Shown here one piece after another: positions 1-10,671 of a DNA stretch of 64,000 bases (its first letter is position 1; each line of letters begins with the position of its first letter). The stretch spans positions 20,956,001 to 21,020,000 of the forward strand of contig NC_086108.1 of assembly GCF_963921235.1 (NCBI RefSeq), read 5' to 3'. The stretch is from Mobula hypostoma. Its lineage: Eukaryota. Under the pieces are notes generated by a model. The model made no database searches. It saw only the letters and a list, made by a program, of their open reading frames with translations, and was not told the origin of the DNA. The translations under genes and the position numbers were made by a program.

Positions 1-555
1 AGATAACTCTGGGGCACCAGGGTCTTGCATAATGCTGGGACTTATGTAGAGATGAAAGAAATGGTCAGGCCAGGAACCAGTAGAAAAGCTGAGAAAGAGT
101 GGTGCAAGAATGGGGATCAACATATCCAAGCACAAAAAAACAATCTTGCACCTTGCAGAGCATACATGCACAAACCATGACTGATTAACATTGCTACTTG
201 AAGCTTAAGGACATGAGCTAACAGAATAATAAGATCTCATTGACCTGCTCAGCCCTATAGTTACTGTAAGATATAATCTTAGCAATATTACTAAGGGGGA
301 ATATTAATAAGGGGGAAGTACAAACTTAATTTCTGTAGTCCCTGATCACAACTCATTGATAAACCTTTAAAATCATTGTGTCTGCAATGTCAGATATTCA
401 GAAGCATTACAAAACATTTTAACTACTAAAAACAAATGCATTTTGAAATTTAAAAACTATTGAGTTAAAAGATTTAAATTAATTCAAAAGATTTTAATTA
501 CTTAACATTCAGGTCATTCACAGTCATTTCCATCCATTGAAATAAATGGATCTAC

Positions 556-1544
556 CAGACATCCCACCTAGCAAAAACTCACTTCAGGGAGGTAACACCA
601 CCACCCCCGTCCCCCCCCCCAGTTGACCTCCAAGGGTGTATGTATACAGGACATTTGATTATGTAAGAACACAACAATTTATTTGATCACATATTCAAAC
701 TATTTACATATATATTCCTTGTTGAGTATTTTGTTGGCAGTCTCAATGCTAATAGCTAAGTGCTAATGCAAATAGCTTTTCTATTTCTTTTGCAAACTTT
801 CCTTGTACTGTGATGTGGCTTGCTTGGCAGATTTGAGCATTTTGCCGAAAGTCTCAAACTCATAGCAGTCTGTGGCAATGAATTTGTAAATTTTGCAAGA
901 CATCAGATTCACAATTATATTACATTATATTATCAAGGAGTCATTTTATAATTCTATTACAACTTTAAGCAAGTCTACAGGGAGCTTGGCCTCATCACAT
1001 AGGACATCAATAGAGTAGCGCCTTAGCAGCTAGCCAGTTAGTTTAAGTAATGTTAGCTATGCTAATGAACCAATGACACCTGTTAAACTCATCTCAACAT
1101 ATCTTTTACAGTCATTTAACCCACCATAGGCAATAGAAAAGTCACTCTTGCAAATAGTGCAGTGAACAACACTGTCATTATTTTTGACCCCTATTAAGCA
1201 GGGGTACACTTTAGTGTAGTCTGGGGTGAAGTACGTTTTATATTTTTTTTGGAACACTCTGCCATGGTGCTGCAGGACACTAAACTGAACTGATGGACAA
1301 CGGAAGAGAGAGAGAGAGAGAGAGAGGTTGACTGTAAAGCCCGCCCACAGAGAAAACTGATAGGTCTACTTAGCACAAAGAGAGACCAATCAGGATTGAT
1401 TTCTTTCTTTCTCTCTCTCTCTCCTCCCCCCCTCCCTCCCCAAAAAATCTTTTTCCAGGATATTGTATATAATTTGCGGGCATCAGAGAGCCACTATCAA
1501 TATGCAGGAGACTCCCGGAACTTCCGGGAGAGGTGGGATGTCCG
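556..1544 (-). mobile_element. Internally deleted hAT DNA transposon (hAT6-like)
   Basis: TIRs cagacatcccacct / aggtgggatgtccg. N-terminal Zn-finger remnant (CTICKSDFSIAYGG) and C-terminal remnant (CYEFETFGKMLKSAKQATSQYK) on the minus strand. Flanks atctac / atttac. Confidence 0.8.
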
Positions 1545-1559
1545 ATTTACCCTTCCAAA

Positions 1560-2285
1560 GAGAGCAGACATACAAGAGACTGCAGTTATAATCTAGAGCA
1601 ATTAGAAATCAGTGGGTCATGCAGCATCTCTGAAGGCTAAGGGACAGTATATGTTTCTGGTTTACACTCCACTTACACTCTAAGGGTGACAGAGATAGCC
1701 AGTATACCAGGACGAGAATGATGGTTCAGTGAGGGGTCGGCAGGCAGTAGAAGAAACGAGGTAATGGGCAAATGGAGCCAGGTGGGGAAGGGGTAGAGGT
1801 GCAGTCAGTGACTGGGTGAAGGCTAGAAACAGAAAAGGAAAGAAAGAAAAAGTGGGAAAATAGAACTAGGTGGGAGAAAGGAGGGGGCAGAAGACAGACG
1901 GCAGGTGGAGGTAAAGGGGTGGTAATGAGAGAGGTGTTGGAACATATGTTGCACCTCTAATGATTGTTTGTAGGGTAACATGGCATGGGACAGGGATGGG
2001 TGAGTGGTTCATGCTGAGTAAACCAAGAAGTCATGGAAAGAGTAGTCCCTGCAGAAAGGGATAGTGACTGGCTATGGATCCTGTTGCAGCAGGTGGAAAT
2101 GATGGATGGTACACTGGATGCCAAGACTGGTAAGATAAAGGTGAGAACCAAGAGAACTCTGTCTCTGTCAGTGAGGTGGGGGTGGGGGTGAGTGGGGATG
2201 GAACAGATTTGGAACTCATCCAAGAAATGGAGCAAATGCAGGTGAGGTTTCTATCAACCACAGTAGAGGGGAGACACACATTTCC
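1560..2285 (-). mobile_element. Old Penelope-like element fragment (post-RT region and pLTR-like end)
   Basis: LPSTVVDR...DRDRVLLVLTF resembles FPSSTINS...NRVSLVLSYHP in the 4033-6022 element; purine-rich 3'UTR copy and gcagcatct motif. Confidence 0.6.
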
Positions 2286-2459
2286 TAAAGATTATATTTT
2301 TCATTAAAAAATTCTAAACACATCAATAGTGTGAGCAGTCCAATGAAAGTGAATTCCTAAAAAATATCTGGGATTCTCATTGACAACTCAGCATGATAGA
2401 TAAAGATAGTAACCACAGAAGAACATCTGAAATTAATTGAATTAATTCATTTCCCAGTG

Positions 2460-2700
2460 CAACAACAATTTACTGGATTTGTACCTGGAATGATGAATTT
2501 GTCACATGTGGAGAAAATAAGCCAACTATACTCAGTTTAGAAGAACGATGAGTTATCTCATTGAAACTTTTCAAGTTCTACAGGGTTTACAGAGTGGATA
2601 TATTTCCTTTGTTTGAGCAACATAGTCACGGAGTCACTACTCAGATTATGAGGCAGGCCATTAAACAAATCTTTATCCGGAGTTAGTGTATCTTGTAGTC
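2460..2700 (+). mobile_element. Degraded CR1 LINE 3' fragment
   Basis: Resembles the RRLRGDLIE..K..G / TRGHSL region of other CR1 copies in the window. Confidence 0.5.
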
Positions 2701-4032
2701 TCCAAATGAATTTGCAGCCATGCCTGCAATATTATGATCAACCATAAGATGGAGACAGACACAAGCCACTGCAGAAATGGAATCTGAAACAAAAACTGAA
2801 CTATTGAATTCAGCAGGTCAGTCTGCAGCTGAATAAAGAAATGGACAATGAACGTTTTGGACAGACCCTTCATTACTTGACAGGCCAGTTATATCGAATG
2901 TTACCTATGCTAGAGTCTCTGCATGCCACAATATCTGTTACTTTAGAACCCAAAAAACTGGAGCAAAAATAAAAATCAATCCCAGACTGCTGACAATTGT
3001 TTAAAATACCTCTCCAATATGACTTGCCTAACATTTGCAGCATCAATTCCAAGATCTCTCTACTCCATTACTTTACAGGCTCCCACTCTGTACTGCCTTG
3101 TTTGCCCTCCACAAATTTTCTGTTGTGCAAAACCTAATGCAAGCTCATGTAAAAACAAGGATTTTTTTAAAATGAAGAAATAAATAAATTTTACTCAAAG
3201 AACAATTATTTTTTCTATAAAATACTTCACTGATAAAAATAATATCTTGATACTAAAAATGTGACTGAAAAAAGTAAAGTTTCCTGTGGGACTAAAGACT
3301 TGTGTATATGACATGACATGTCTTCAAATACCCAAGGCATACTACAGGTCCTCCCCAGCCTATGAACAGCAGATTTACATACAAGCCCTTACAAACAAAT
3401 GAGAACTTGAGGGACTGACTGGATGGATTTGTCAGTTGTTGTGGGGTTGTAGCCATCTTCGAAAGCAGCCGCATTCCTGACCTGCAATCAGCTCAGAAAC
3501 CAAACAGTTCACAGGTATAGTAACCCTGCAGTAATCTGGAGAAGATGCTCAAGTTTGATCCCAGAATTCCATAAATCCAATGCATGTACTGCTGCATTAG
3601 TTAAAGCATACATCACAATCTGGGCTCACCCTCCCAAGAATGTGGCAGACAAGTATTGCCAAACTATTTTAAGCTCCTTTTCAATCTGCAATTCCTTCAC
3701 AAAAACCTCTCCAACACCCACTGTACTCAGATTCCATCCCTTACCAATATGCTTCATAATCCTCTACATTTGTCATCTCCCCAACCCAAATGACCTTCTT
3801 GCAAGTATGCTTTGCCTTCCATCTGAAAGTCCAACCTCCTTTCTGATCAAACACTAGTACCAACTTTCTCCCTGGTATACCCAGTCTCCTATTTCTTGTA
3901 ATATTCTTCCACAAACATTACATCTGATCTGCACCACACCATCATTCTCCTAAGTTTTCTGTAGCTCACTCTAGAAAACCCCCATTCATGCATTGGCTGT
4001 TGGTAAAAAAATGAAATCAATATCACCACCGC

Positions 4033-6022
4033 AAACATGAGGAAATCTGCAGATGCTGGAATTTCAAGCAACACACATAGAAGTTGCTGGTGAACGCAGC
4101 AGGCCAGGCAGCATCTCTAGGAAGAGGTACACCGAACTCATTTCTGCATACCTCGACACTGTTTTATCCCCGTGTTCAATCCCTTCCTACCTATGTTCAT
4201 GACACTTCTCACGCTCTGACACTTTTCGATGATCTTAAGTTCCCTGGTCCCAACCACTCTATTTTCACCATGGATGTTCAGTCCCTATATACTTCCATCC
4301 CCCATCAGGAAGGTCTCAAAGCTCTCAGTTTCTTTTTGGATTCCAGACCTAACCAGTTCCCCTCTACCACCACTCTGCTTTGTCTATCGGAATTAGTCCT
4401 TACTCTTAATAATTTCTCCTTTGCCTCCTCCCACTTCCTTCAAACTAAAGGTGTAGCCATGGGCACCCGTATGGGTCCTAGCTATGCCTGCCTTTTTGTT
4501 GGCTTTGTGGAACAATCTATGTTCCAAACCTATTCTGATATCTGTCTCCCACTTTTCCTTCGCTACATCGACGACTGCATTAGCGCTGCTTCCTGCACAC
4601 ATGCTGAGCTCGATGACTTCATTAACTTTGCCTCCAACTTTCATCCTGCCCTCAAGTTTACCTGGTCCATTTCCGACACCTCCCTCCCCTTTCTAGATCT
4701 TTCTGTCTCCATCTCTGGAGACAGCTTATCTACTGATGTCTACTATAAGCCTACTGACTCTCACAGCTATCTGGACTATTCCTCTTTTCACCCTGTCTCT
4801 TACAAAAATGCCATTCCCTTCTCACAATTCCTCCGTCTCCGCCGCATCTGCTCTCAGGATGAGGCTTTTCATTCCAGGACAAAGAAGATGTCCTCCTTTT
4901 TTAAAGAAAAGGGCTTCCCTTCCTCCACCATCAACTCTGCTCTCAAATGCATCTCCCCCATTTCACGCACATCTGCTCTCACTCCATCTTCCCGCCACCC
5001 CACTAGGAATAGGGTTTCCCTTGTCCTCAGCTACCACCCCACCAGCCTCCGGGTCCAACATATAATTCTCCGTAACTTCCGCCATCTCCAACGGGATCCC
5101 ACCATTAAGCACATCATTTCCTCCCCCGCCTCTGCTTTCCACAGGGATCGCTCCCTACACGACTCCCTTGTCCATTTGTCCCCCCCCCCCCATCCCTCCC
5201 CACTGATCTCCCTCCTGGCACTTATCCTTATAAGCAGAACAAGTGCTACACATGCCCTTACACTTCCTCCCTCACTACCATTCAGGGCCCCAGACAGTCC
5301 TTCCAGGTGAGGCGACACTTCACCTGTGAGTCAGCTGGGGTGATATACTGCGTCCGGTGCTCCAGATGTGGCCTTCTATATATTGGCGAGACCCGACGCA
5401 GGTTGGGAGACTGTTTCACTGAACATCTACGCTGTCTGCCAGAGAAAGCAGGATCTCCCAGTGGCCACACATTTTAATTCCACGTCCCATTCACATTCTG
5501 ATATATCTATCCACGGCCTCCTCTACTGTAAAGATGAAGCCACACTCAGGCTAGAGGAACACCGCCTTCTATTCCGTCTGGGTAGCCTCCAACCTGATGG
5601 CATCAACATTGACTTCTCAAACTTCTGCTAATGCCCCATCTCCCCCTCGTACCCCATCCGTTATTTACTTATATACATACATTCTTTTTCTCTCTCTCCT
5701 TTTTCTCCCTCTGTCCCCCTCACTATACCCCTTGCCCATCCTCTAGATATTCCCCCTTCCCCCTTTTCTTTCACCCTTGGCCTCCTGTCCCATGATCCTC
5801 TCATATCCCTTTTGCCAATCAACTGTCCAGCTCTTGGCTCCATCCCTCCCCCTCCTGTCTTCTCCTATCATTTTGGATCTCCCCCTCCCACTTTCAAATC
5901 TCTTACTAGCTCTTCTTTCAGTTAGTCCTGACGAAAGGTCTCGGCCCGAAACGTCAACAGTACCTCTTCCTAGAGTTGCTGCCTGGCCTGCTGTGTTCAC
6001 CAGCAACTTTTATGTGTGTTGC
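4033..6022 (+). mobile_element. Penelope-like retroelement (Neptune-like), 5'-truncated, with inverted pLTR at its 5' end
   Basis: RT motifs (FTMDVQSLYTSIP, GVAMGTRMGPSYA, RYIDD, LPFLDL). Frameshifted GIY-YIG endonuclease (GVIYCVRCSRCGLLYIGET, ~5338) preceded by KCYTC. 4068-4130 is an inverted copy of 5960-6022. 16-bp TSD tcaatatcaccaccgc / tcaatattaccaccgc (4017-4032 / 6023-6038). Confidence 0.92.
5924..5959 (+). ncRNA. Minimal hammerhead ribozyme motif in Penelope pLTR (stem I partly decayed)
   Basis: agtc CTGACGA aaggtctcggccc GAAAC GTC aaca: CUGANGA...GAAA...GUC core with palindromic ACGU stem III. Confidence 0.65.
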
Positions 6023-6705
6023 TCAATATTACCACCGCCAGGAGCATCAAGTGTGGGTTGTGCAGTTGGTTCTGCAGAAGCTTCTGCTGAAGGGTGAGCC
6101 ACTGATGCACTTGGTACACTGTTCAGCCCCGGTGTGCTCTTATTAAGTGGTGAACACCCATGTGTTTCCAAGTTTGGTGACCTTGGGCACTTCTCAATTT
6201 GTACCTTCAAAGTAGGATCATCTTCCTTTGAGCTTGAATCTGAAGCAGAGGATGCAAGTTCAGGAGGACTTGGTAAAAACTTGGTGTGAAGCCTGACAAA
6301 AAGCTGGTTCCTATCTTTGTCTACTGCTTTGATTTCATCCTCTCTTGAGCAACCATGTCATGGGCTCATGCTACAGTTATGCTAAGCATCATTAAGGCAC
6401 AATCGATACACCACATTCTGACCTGACTTCCAGAGCTCAGCGATTGACATTGCTGTGCCAGAAGCTGACACTATAGCATACAGTAATCAGATGCATCTCC
6501 AACACTCAACAATTCCTTGAAAATGAGTTATCTTTTCACTCTACTGCCCTCACAATCCAATGCATACAAAGCTAGGCAAGGAGTTAAACACCTTCTCAAA
6601 AATCGCCTGAGCCAGGAGCTTTCTTCAGAGCTTTTAAATGAAAAAGCTTCTGTGTAAAGATTTTGCTGCTTTAAGGGCAAATAAAGGATAGATGGAAGAA
6701 CAGTA

Positions 6706-7140
6706 TTTAAAAAGTTCTTAATCTGTAAATATCTAAAAAAAAATGGGATCTAGGCAAGTTATATTTATTAGATAATTGTTCAAAGGACATGAAACAATTA
6801 TCCAAAACTGGATCACAAAATCGTACTATACCTTTAGTTTTCCAAGCCAAGTAGGCTTGATCCATGATACAGGGTTGAAAGAAGAAATTAGATATAATAG
6901 GACTTGCTAGAACAAATTGATTCAACCCCAAAAATTTTCGAAATTGAAACCATATTCGTAAAGTATATTTTACTATTGGGTTATCCATTTGTTTATACAA
7001 TTTAGAAAAAGTAAAGGGAAGCGAAGTCCCTAAAATAAAACCCAATGAAAACCCTTGTAAAGAATTACATTCAAGATTTACCCAATGCAGACTTAAAGTT
7101 ACCTCCAAGTCCCATAACCAAAATTTTAAATTTCGAATGT
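6706..7140 (-). mobile_element. L1-clade LINE ORF2 C-terminal fragment
   Basis: NPIVKYTLRIWFQFRKFLGL...WKTKGI...FMSFEQLSNKYNLPRSHFF, typical of fish-type L1 ORF2. Confidence 0.75.
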
Positions 7141-7154
7141 TAATTGTCCAATAG

Positions 7155-7706
7155 TAATTTGGTCAGACCCTACTTGGAGTACTGTGTTCAGTTCTGGTCA
7201 CCTCACTACAGGAAGGATGTGGATACTATAGAGAGCGTGCAGAGGAGATTTACAAGGATGTTGCCTGGAGTGGATGGCGTACCTTTTGAGAATAGGTTGA
7301 ATGTACTTGGCCTTTTCTCCTTAGAGCGACTGAGGATTGAGAGGTAACCTGATAGAGGTGTATAAGATGATGAAAGGTACTGATCGTGTGGTAGCCACAG
7401 GCTTTTTCCCAGGGCTGAATGGCCAGCACCAGGTGGCATAGTTTTAAGGTGTTTGGAAATAGGTATCAAGGGGACGTCAGGGGTAATTTTTCACAGAGTG
7501 CTGAGCGTGTGGAATGCACTGCCCGCGGCGGTGCTGGAAGTGGATACAATAGGGTCTTTTAAGAGCCTCTTAGACAGGTACATGGAGCTTAGAAAAATAG
7601 AGGGTTATGCACTAGGAAAATTCGAGGCACTCTCCAGAGTAGGTTACATGTTCAGCACAACATTTTGGCTGAAGGGCCTGTAATGTGCTCTAAATTTCTA
7701 TGTTCT
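7155..7706 (+). mobile_element. CR1 LINE 3' end
   Basis: LVRPYLEYCVQFWSPHYRKDV..ESVQRRFTRMLPG; ttctatgttct tail. Confidence 0.9.
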
Positions 7707-8264
7707 TTACAACTTCATGCAAAACCGAAATTTGCCAGTTATATCAAAGACATTTTGAGTACAGTGCATAGTAAAATATGGTGCTCATAGCTTCACAAGA
7801 AATTGAAACACCACTCACAACCTTCACCCCTTACCTTGCAACATCTCTTTATTTACTTAAAATATGCAATTAAGAATTAAGCCAACATTTCTTCAAAGCA
7901 AATGCAATTGTGTTCTTGACAGAGAAGAACCAACTGGATATCAGAATATCATTATTTTAAATTAAGATTACAGTTGCGGCATTATTCAAAATCTGGTGCT
8001 GTATGGAGCAGTATTACGAAGGAAAGAGGTCTAAATAACAGGATGATTAATCTTTAAGATTGGCTACATTCAATAAAAAACTTCTTTTCCCACCCAACAC
8101 ATATCCCTTCCTTTAAAATATTAAATAAATTGCAACCTCTGTAACCAAATTCATACATAACAATGCTTATCACATGTCTAGAATTTCCATCTGTCCTAAA
8201 TTTACGTTTTATATCATTTATAGATTTACTGATGTTAGAATTCAAAACTACCATCAATACTCAC

Positions 8265-8372
8265 TGCAAACTCTTCTGGTGTTACCTTCAGGACATCAAA
8301 TACCACTGCATCAAAACTTTTCTTGGGATCATTACAGGCTTTCTCACTTAGAGACTCAGAGCTGCTGCTTCT
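8265..8372 (-). CDS. RALGPS2: RALGPS2 second coding exon (start of CDC25/RasGEF region)
   Basis: 108 nt, phase 0-0, ttttattcttacag|AGA...GCA|gtgagt. Translates [54 protein letters not shown] is the RalGPS signature. Joins in frame to the exon ending at 19535. Confidence 0.95.
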
Positions 8373-8436
8373 CTGTAAGAATAAAATATACTCATAAACT
8401 GGAAGCACCAACACCAAAACAGCAAGTTCAAGTATT

Positions 8437-8670
8437 TTTTAACGCAAACAACAGGAATTCTGCAGATGCTGGAAATTCAAGCAACACACATAAAAGTTGC
8501 TGGTGAACACAGCAGGCCAGGCAGCATCTCTAGGAAGAGGTGCAGTCGACTTTTCAGGCCGAGACTCTTCATCCTGACGAAGGGTCTCGGCCTGAAACGT
8601 CGACTGCACCTCTTCCTAGAGATGCTGCCTGGTCTGTTGCGTTCACCAGCAACTTTTATGTGTGTTGTAT
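8437..8670. mobile_element. Palindromic non-autonomous Penelope pLTR derivative with hammerhead motif
   Basis: Arms 8482-8570 / 8579-8667 are near-perfect inverted repeats; ctgacgaagggtctcggcctgaaacgtcgact at the centre; 13-bp TSD aagttcaagtatt (8424-8436 / 8671-8683). Confidence 0.88.
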
Positions 8671-9809
8671 AAGTTCAAGTATTGTTACATTCGATAGTTA
8701 AGTTACATCAATAACTTGCTTGAAGTTATCAAGTATATATCTCTCTAACATACAAGATCAAAATATATTTATAATTTTGAGGCTCCTTCCAACTATTGCA
8801 GTCTAAGAAGAAAACCTGTGCTGATCACGAGTGATTTAAATTGGCCACAATAAAACCACATCATCTGTATTGTCTGGACCAAAGACTGTATGTCAAAATT
8901 TACCCAATGGCACATTAACAAGCAGGTTAAAAAGATCATTATTGATATCATATCTTTTGGTAACACAAACATTACCAAACATATATGTGCAACGTTGAAA
9001 GAAAAGGTAAAAGGGAAAAGGGGAAGGAGTGTTGTCATGCCAGAACTTTAAAAAAATTCAAGATACGCTGTAAGAAAAATACTCCTTGCTCCTTTTCCTC
9101 TTTTGCCATCCACAACCAACCTGAGAATATGTTCTTTTTCTGCCTGGGGTGTCCTTGGTAGCTACCTTTATACTCATCATCCCAAACTCTTCTGAAAGCT
9201 CTCGCACATTACTGCAGGATGATTTTCTATAGTTAAATTTACTTTGTAACTGCAAGTTGTGTCTTTAAAATAGGGAGAAGTATAACCTAGTTCAGAACAG
9301 TTATTAAATACATATTTTAAAATGTTTCTACAATAATGCAAGGATAAAGTGCAGATACTAAGTGCTTTCAAAATGTTGCTATTGCTTTTTCTTTTACATT
9401 CCTGACAGTTTTGTGAAAATTTCAAATTTACTTAGCTTAGTTCAAAATTTAAATACAGTTATGTCAAATCTTTTAGCCATAATTTGAAACACTAAACACA
9501 TAGCCCCAATAAAAATCACTACCTTTATTTTTAGCCTGGTCTCCATGATAGACTGCTTGCACATGATTAATAAACATCAACACCCAAGAATTAATTTTTG
9601 CTCCTACAGGCCCTTTTCACTTAGTTTTTAAAAAGGAATTATTTGGAGATGCCAAAGAACATTGTGCAAATATAGAGTAGTGCCTCTGCTATGAACCAGA
9701 GACAGAGGAGGTAGACATACTGAATAAAATGGCTGATCTTCAACTAAGTGAGTAACGGTGTTGCAGATTTACCTATCCAAACAAATACACCAGCACACCC
9801 CAGGTACAA

Positions 9810-10554
9810 CAGCGGTCCCCAACCACTGGGCCGCAAAGCATGTGCTACCAGGCCGCGAGGAAGCAATATGAGTCAGCAGCACCTTTCCTCATTCCCTGTC
9901 ACACACTGCTGAACTTGAACATAGGATTGCCAACTGCCCCATATTTGGCAGGACATCCCATATATTGGGCTAAATTGGTTTGTCCCGTATTTCCCTGCTA
10001 AAGTAGAGCGTTCCTATGAAACCTTTCATGCCGAAAGTGAAGAAGCGATTACCATTAATTTATATGGGAAAAATTTCTGAGCGTTTCCAGACCCAAAAAA
10101 ATAACCTACCAAATCATACCAAATAACACATAAAACCTAAAATAAATAATACTAACATATAGTAAAAGCAGGAATGATATGATAAATACACAGCCCATAT
10201 AAAGTAGAAATAATGTATGTACAGTGTAGTCGGGAAGATGAAGGAAAAACCGATTTGTGGGAGGAAAAAAATTGGCGCATACGCACATCACATGCGCACG
10301 TCACGTATGCGCACACAGGTCCCCGCGCAAGGCTTCATGGTTATGGTAGTCTTTCCTGGGGTAAAGTGTACCAGGATTTGACTGTTACTTCTGTCCCTTA
10401 TTTGGGAGTGAGAAAGTTGGCAACCCTAACTGTAAAAGACATGCTGAAGTGAGTTTAACCCTACTTGAACACCCCCACCCCCCAGTCGGTCAGTCCACAA
10501 GAATATTGTCAATATTAAACCGGTCTGAGGTGCAAGAAAGGTTGGGGACCCCTG
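9810..10554. mobile_element. hAT-Charlie-type MITE (composite)
   Basis: TIRs cagcggtccccaacc / ggttggggacccctg; perfect 8-bp TSD aggtacaa (9802-9809 / 10555-10562). Confidence 0.9.
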
Positions 10555-10671
10555 AGGTACAACATGGACTGACTGCCAACAATGGCCATGGGGAAATGCA
10601 AATGATATTAGACAGTCAAGACTGGTAAATATTAACCAAGACTGCAACAATGGGACAAAGTACCATTACAA

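Noticed and set aside
170..300. Possible LINE endonuclease start (LINIAT*SLRT)
   Set aside because: Too short and degraded to call.
3393..3481. Exon-like segment ttgcag|GTCAGG...TTT|gtaagg (VRNAAAFEDGYNP...)
   Set aside because: Does not match the expected next RALGPS2 exon (GQITLMD..VFKAIQP); 89 nt would frameshift; no other support.
1..8264. Third coding exon of RALGPS2 or a nested ANGPTL gene
   Set aside because: No matching peptide found by eye; probably beyond the left edge.
8466..8672. Recurrent short ORFs MLEIQATHIKVAGE... (also 13556, 30386, 48626)
   Set aside because: Translation artefacts of the palindromic pLTR repeat.
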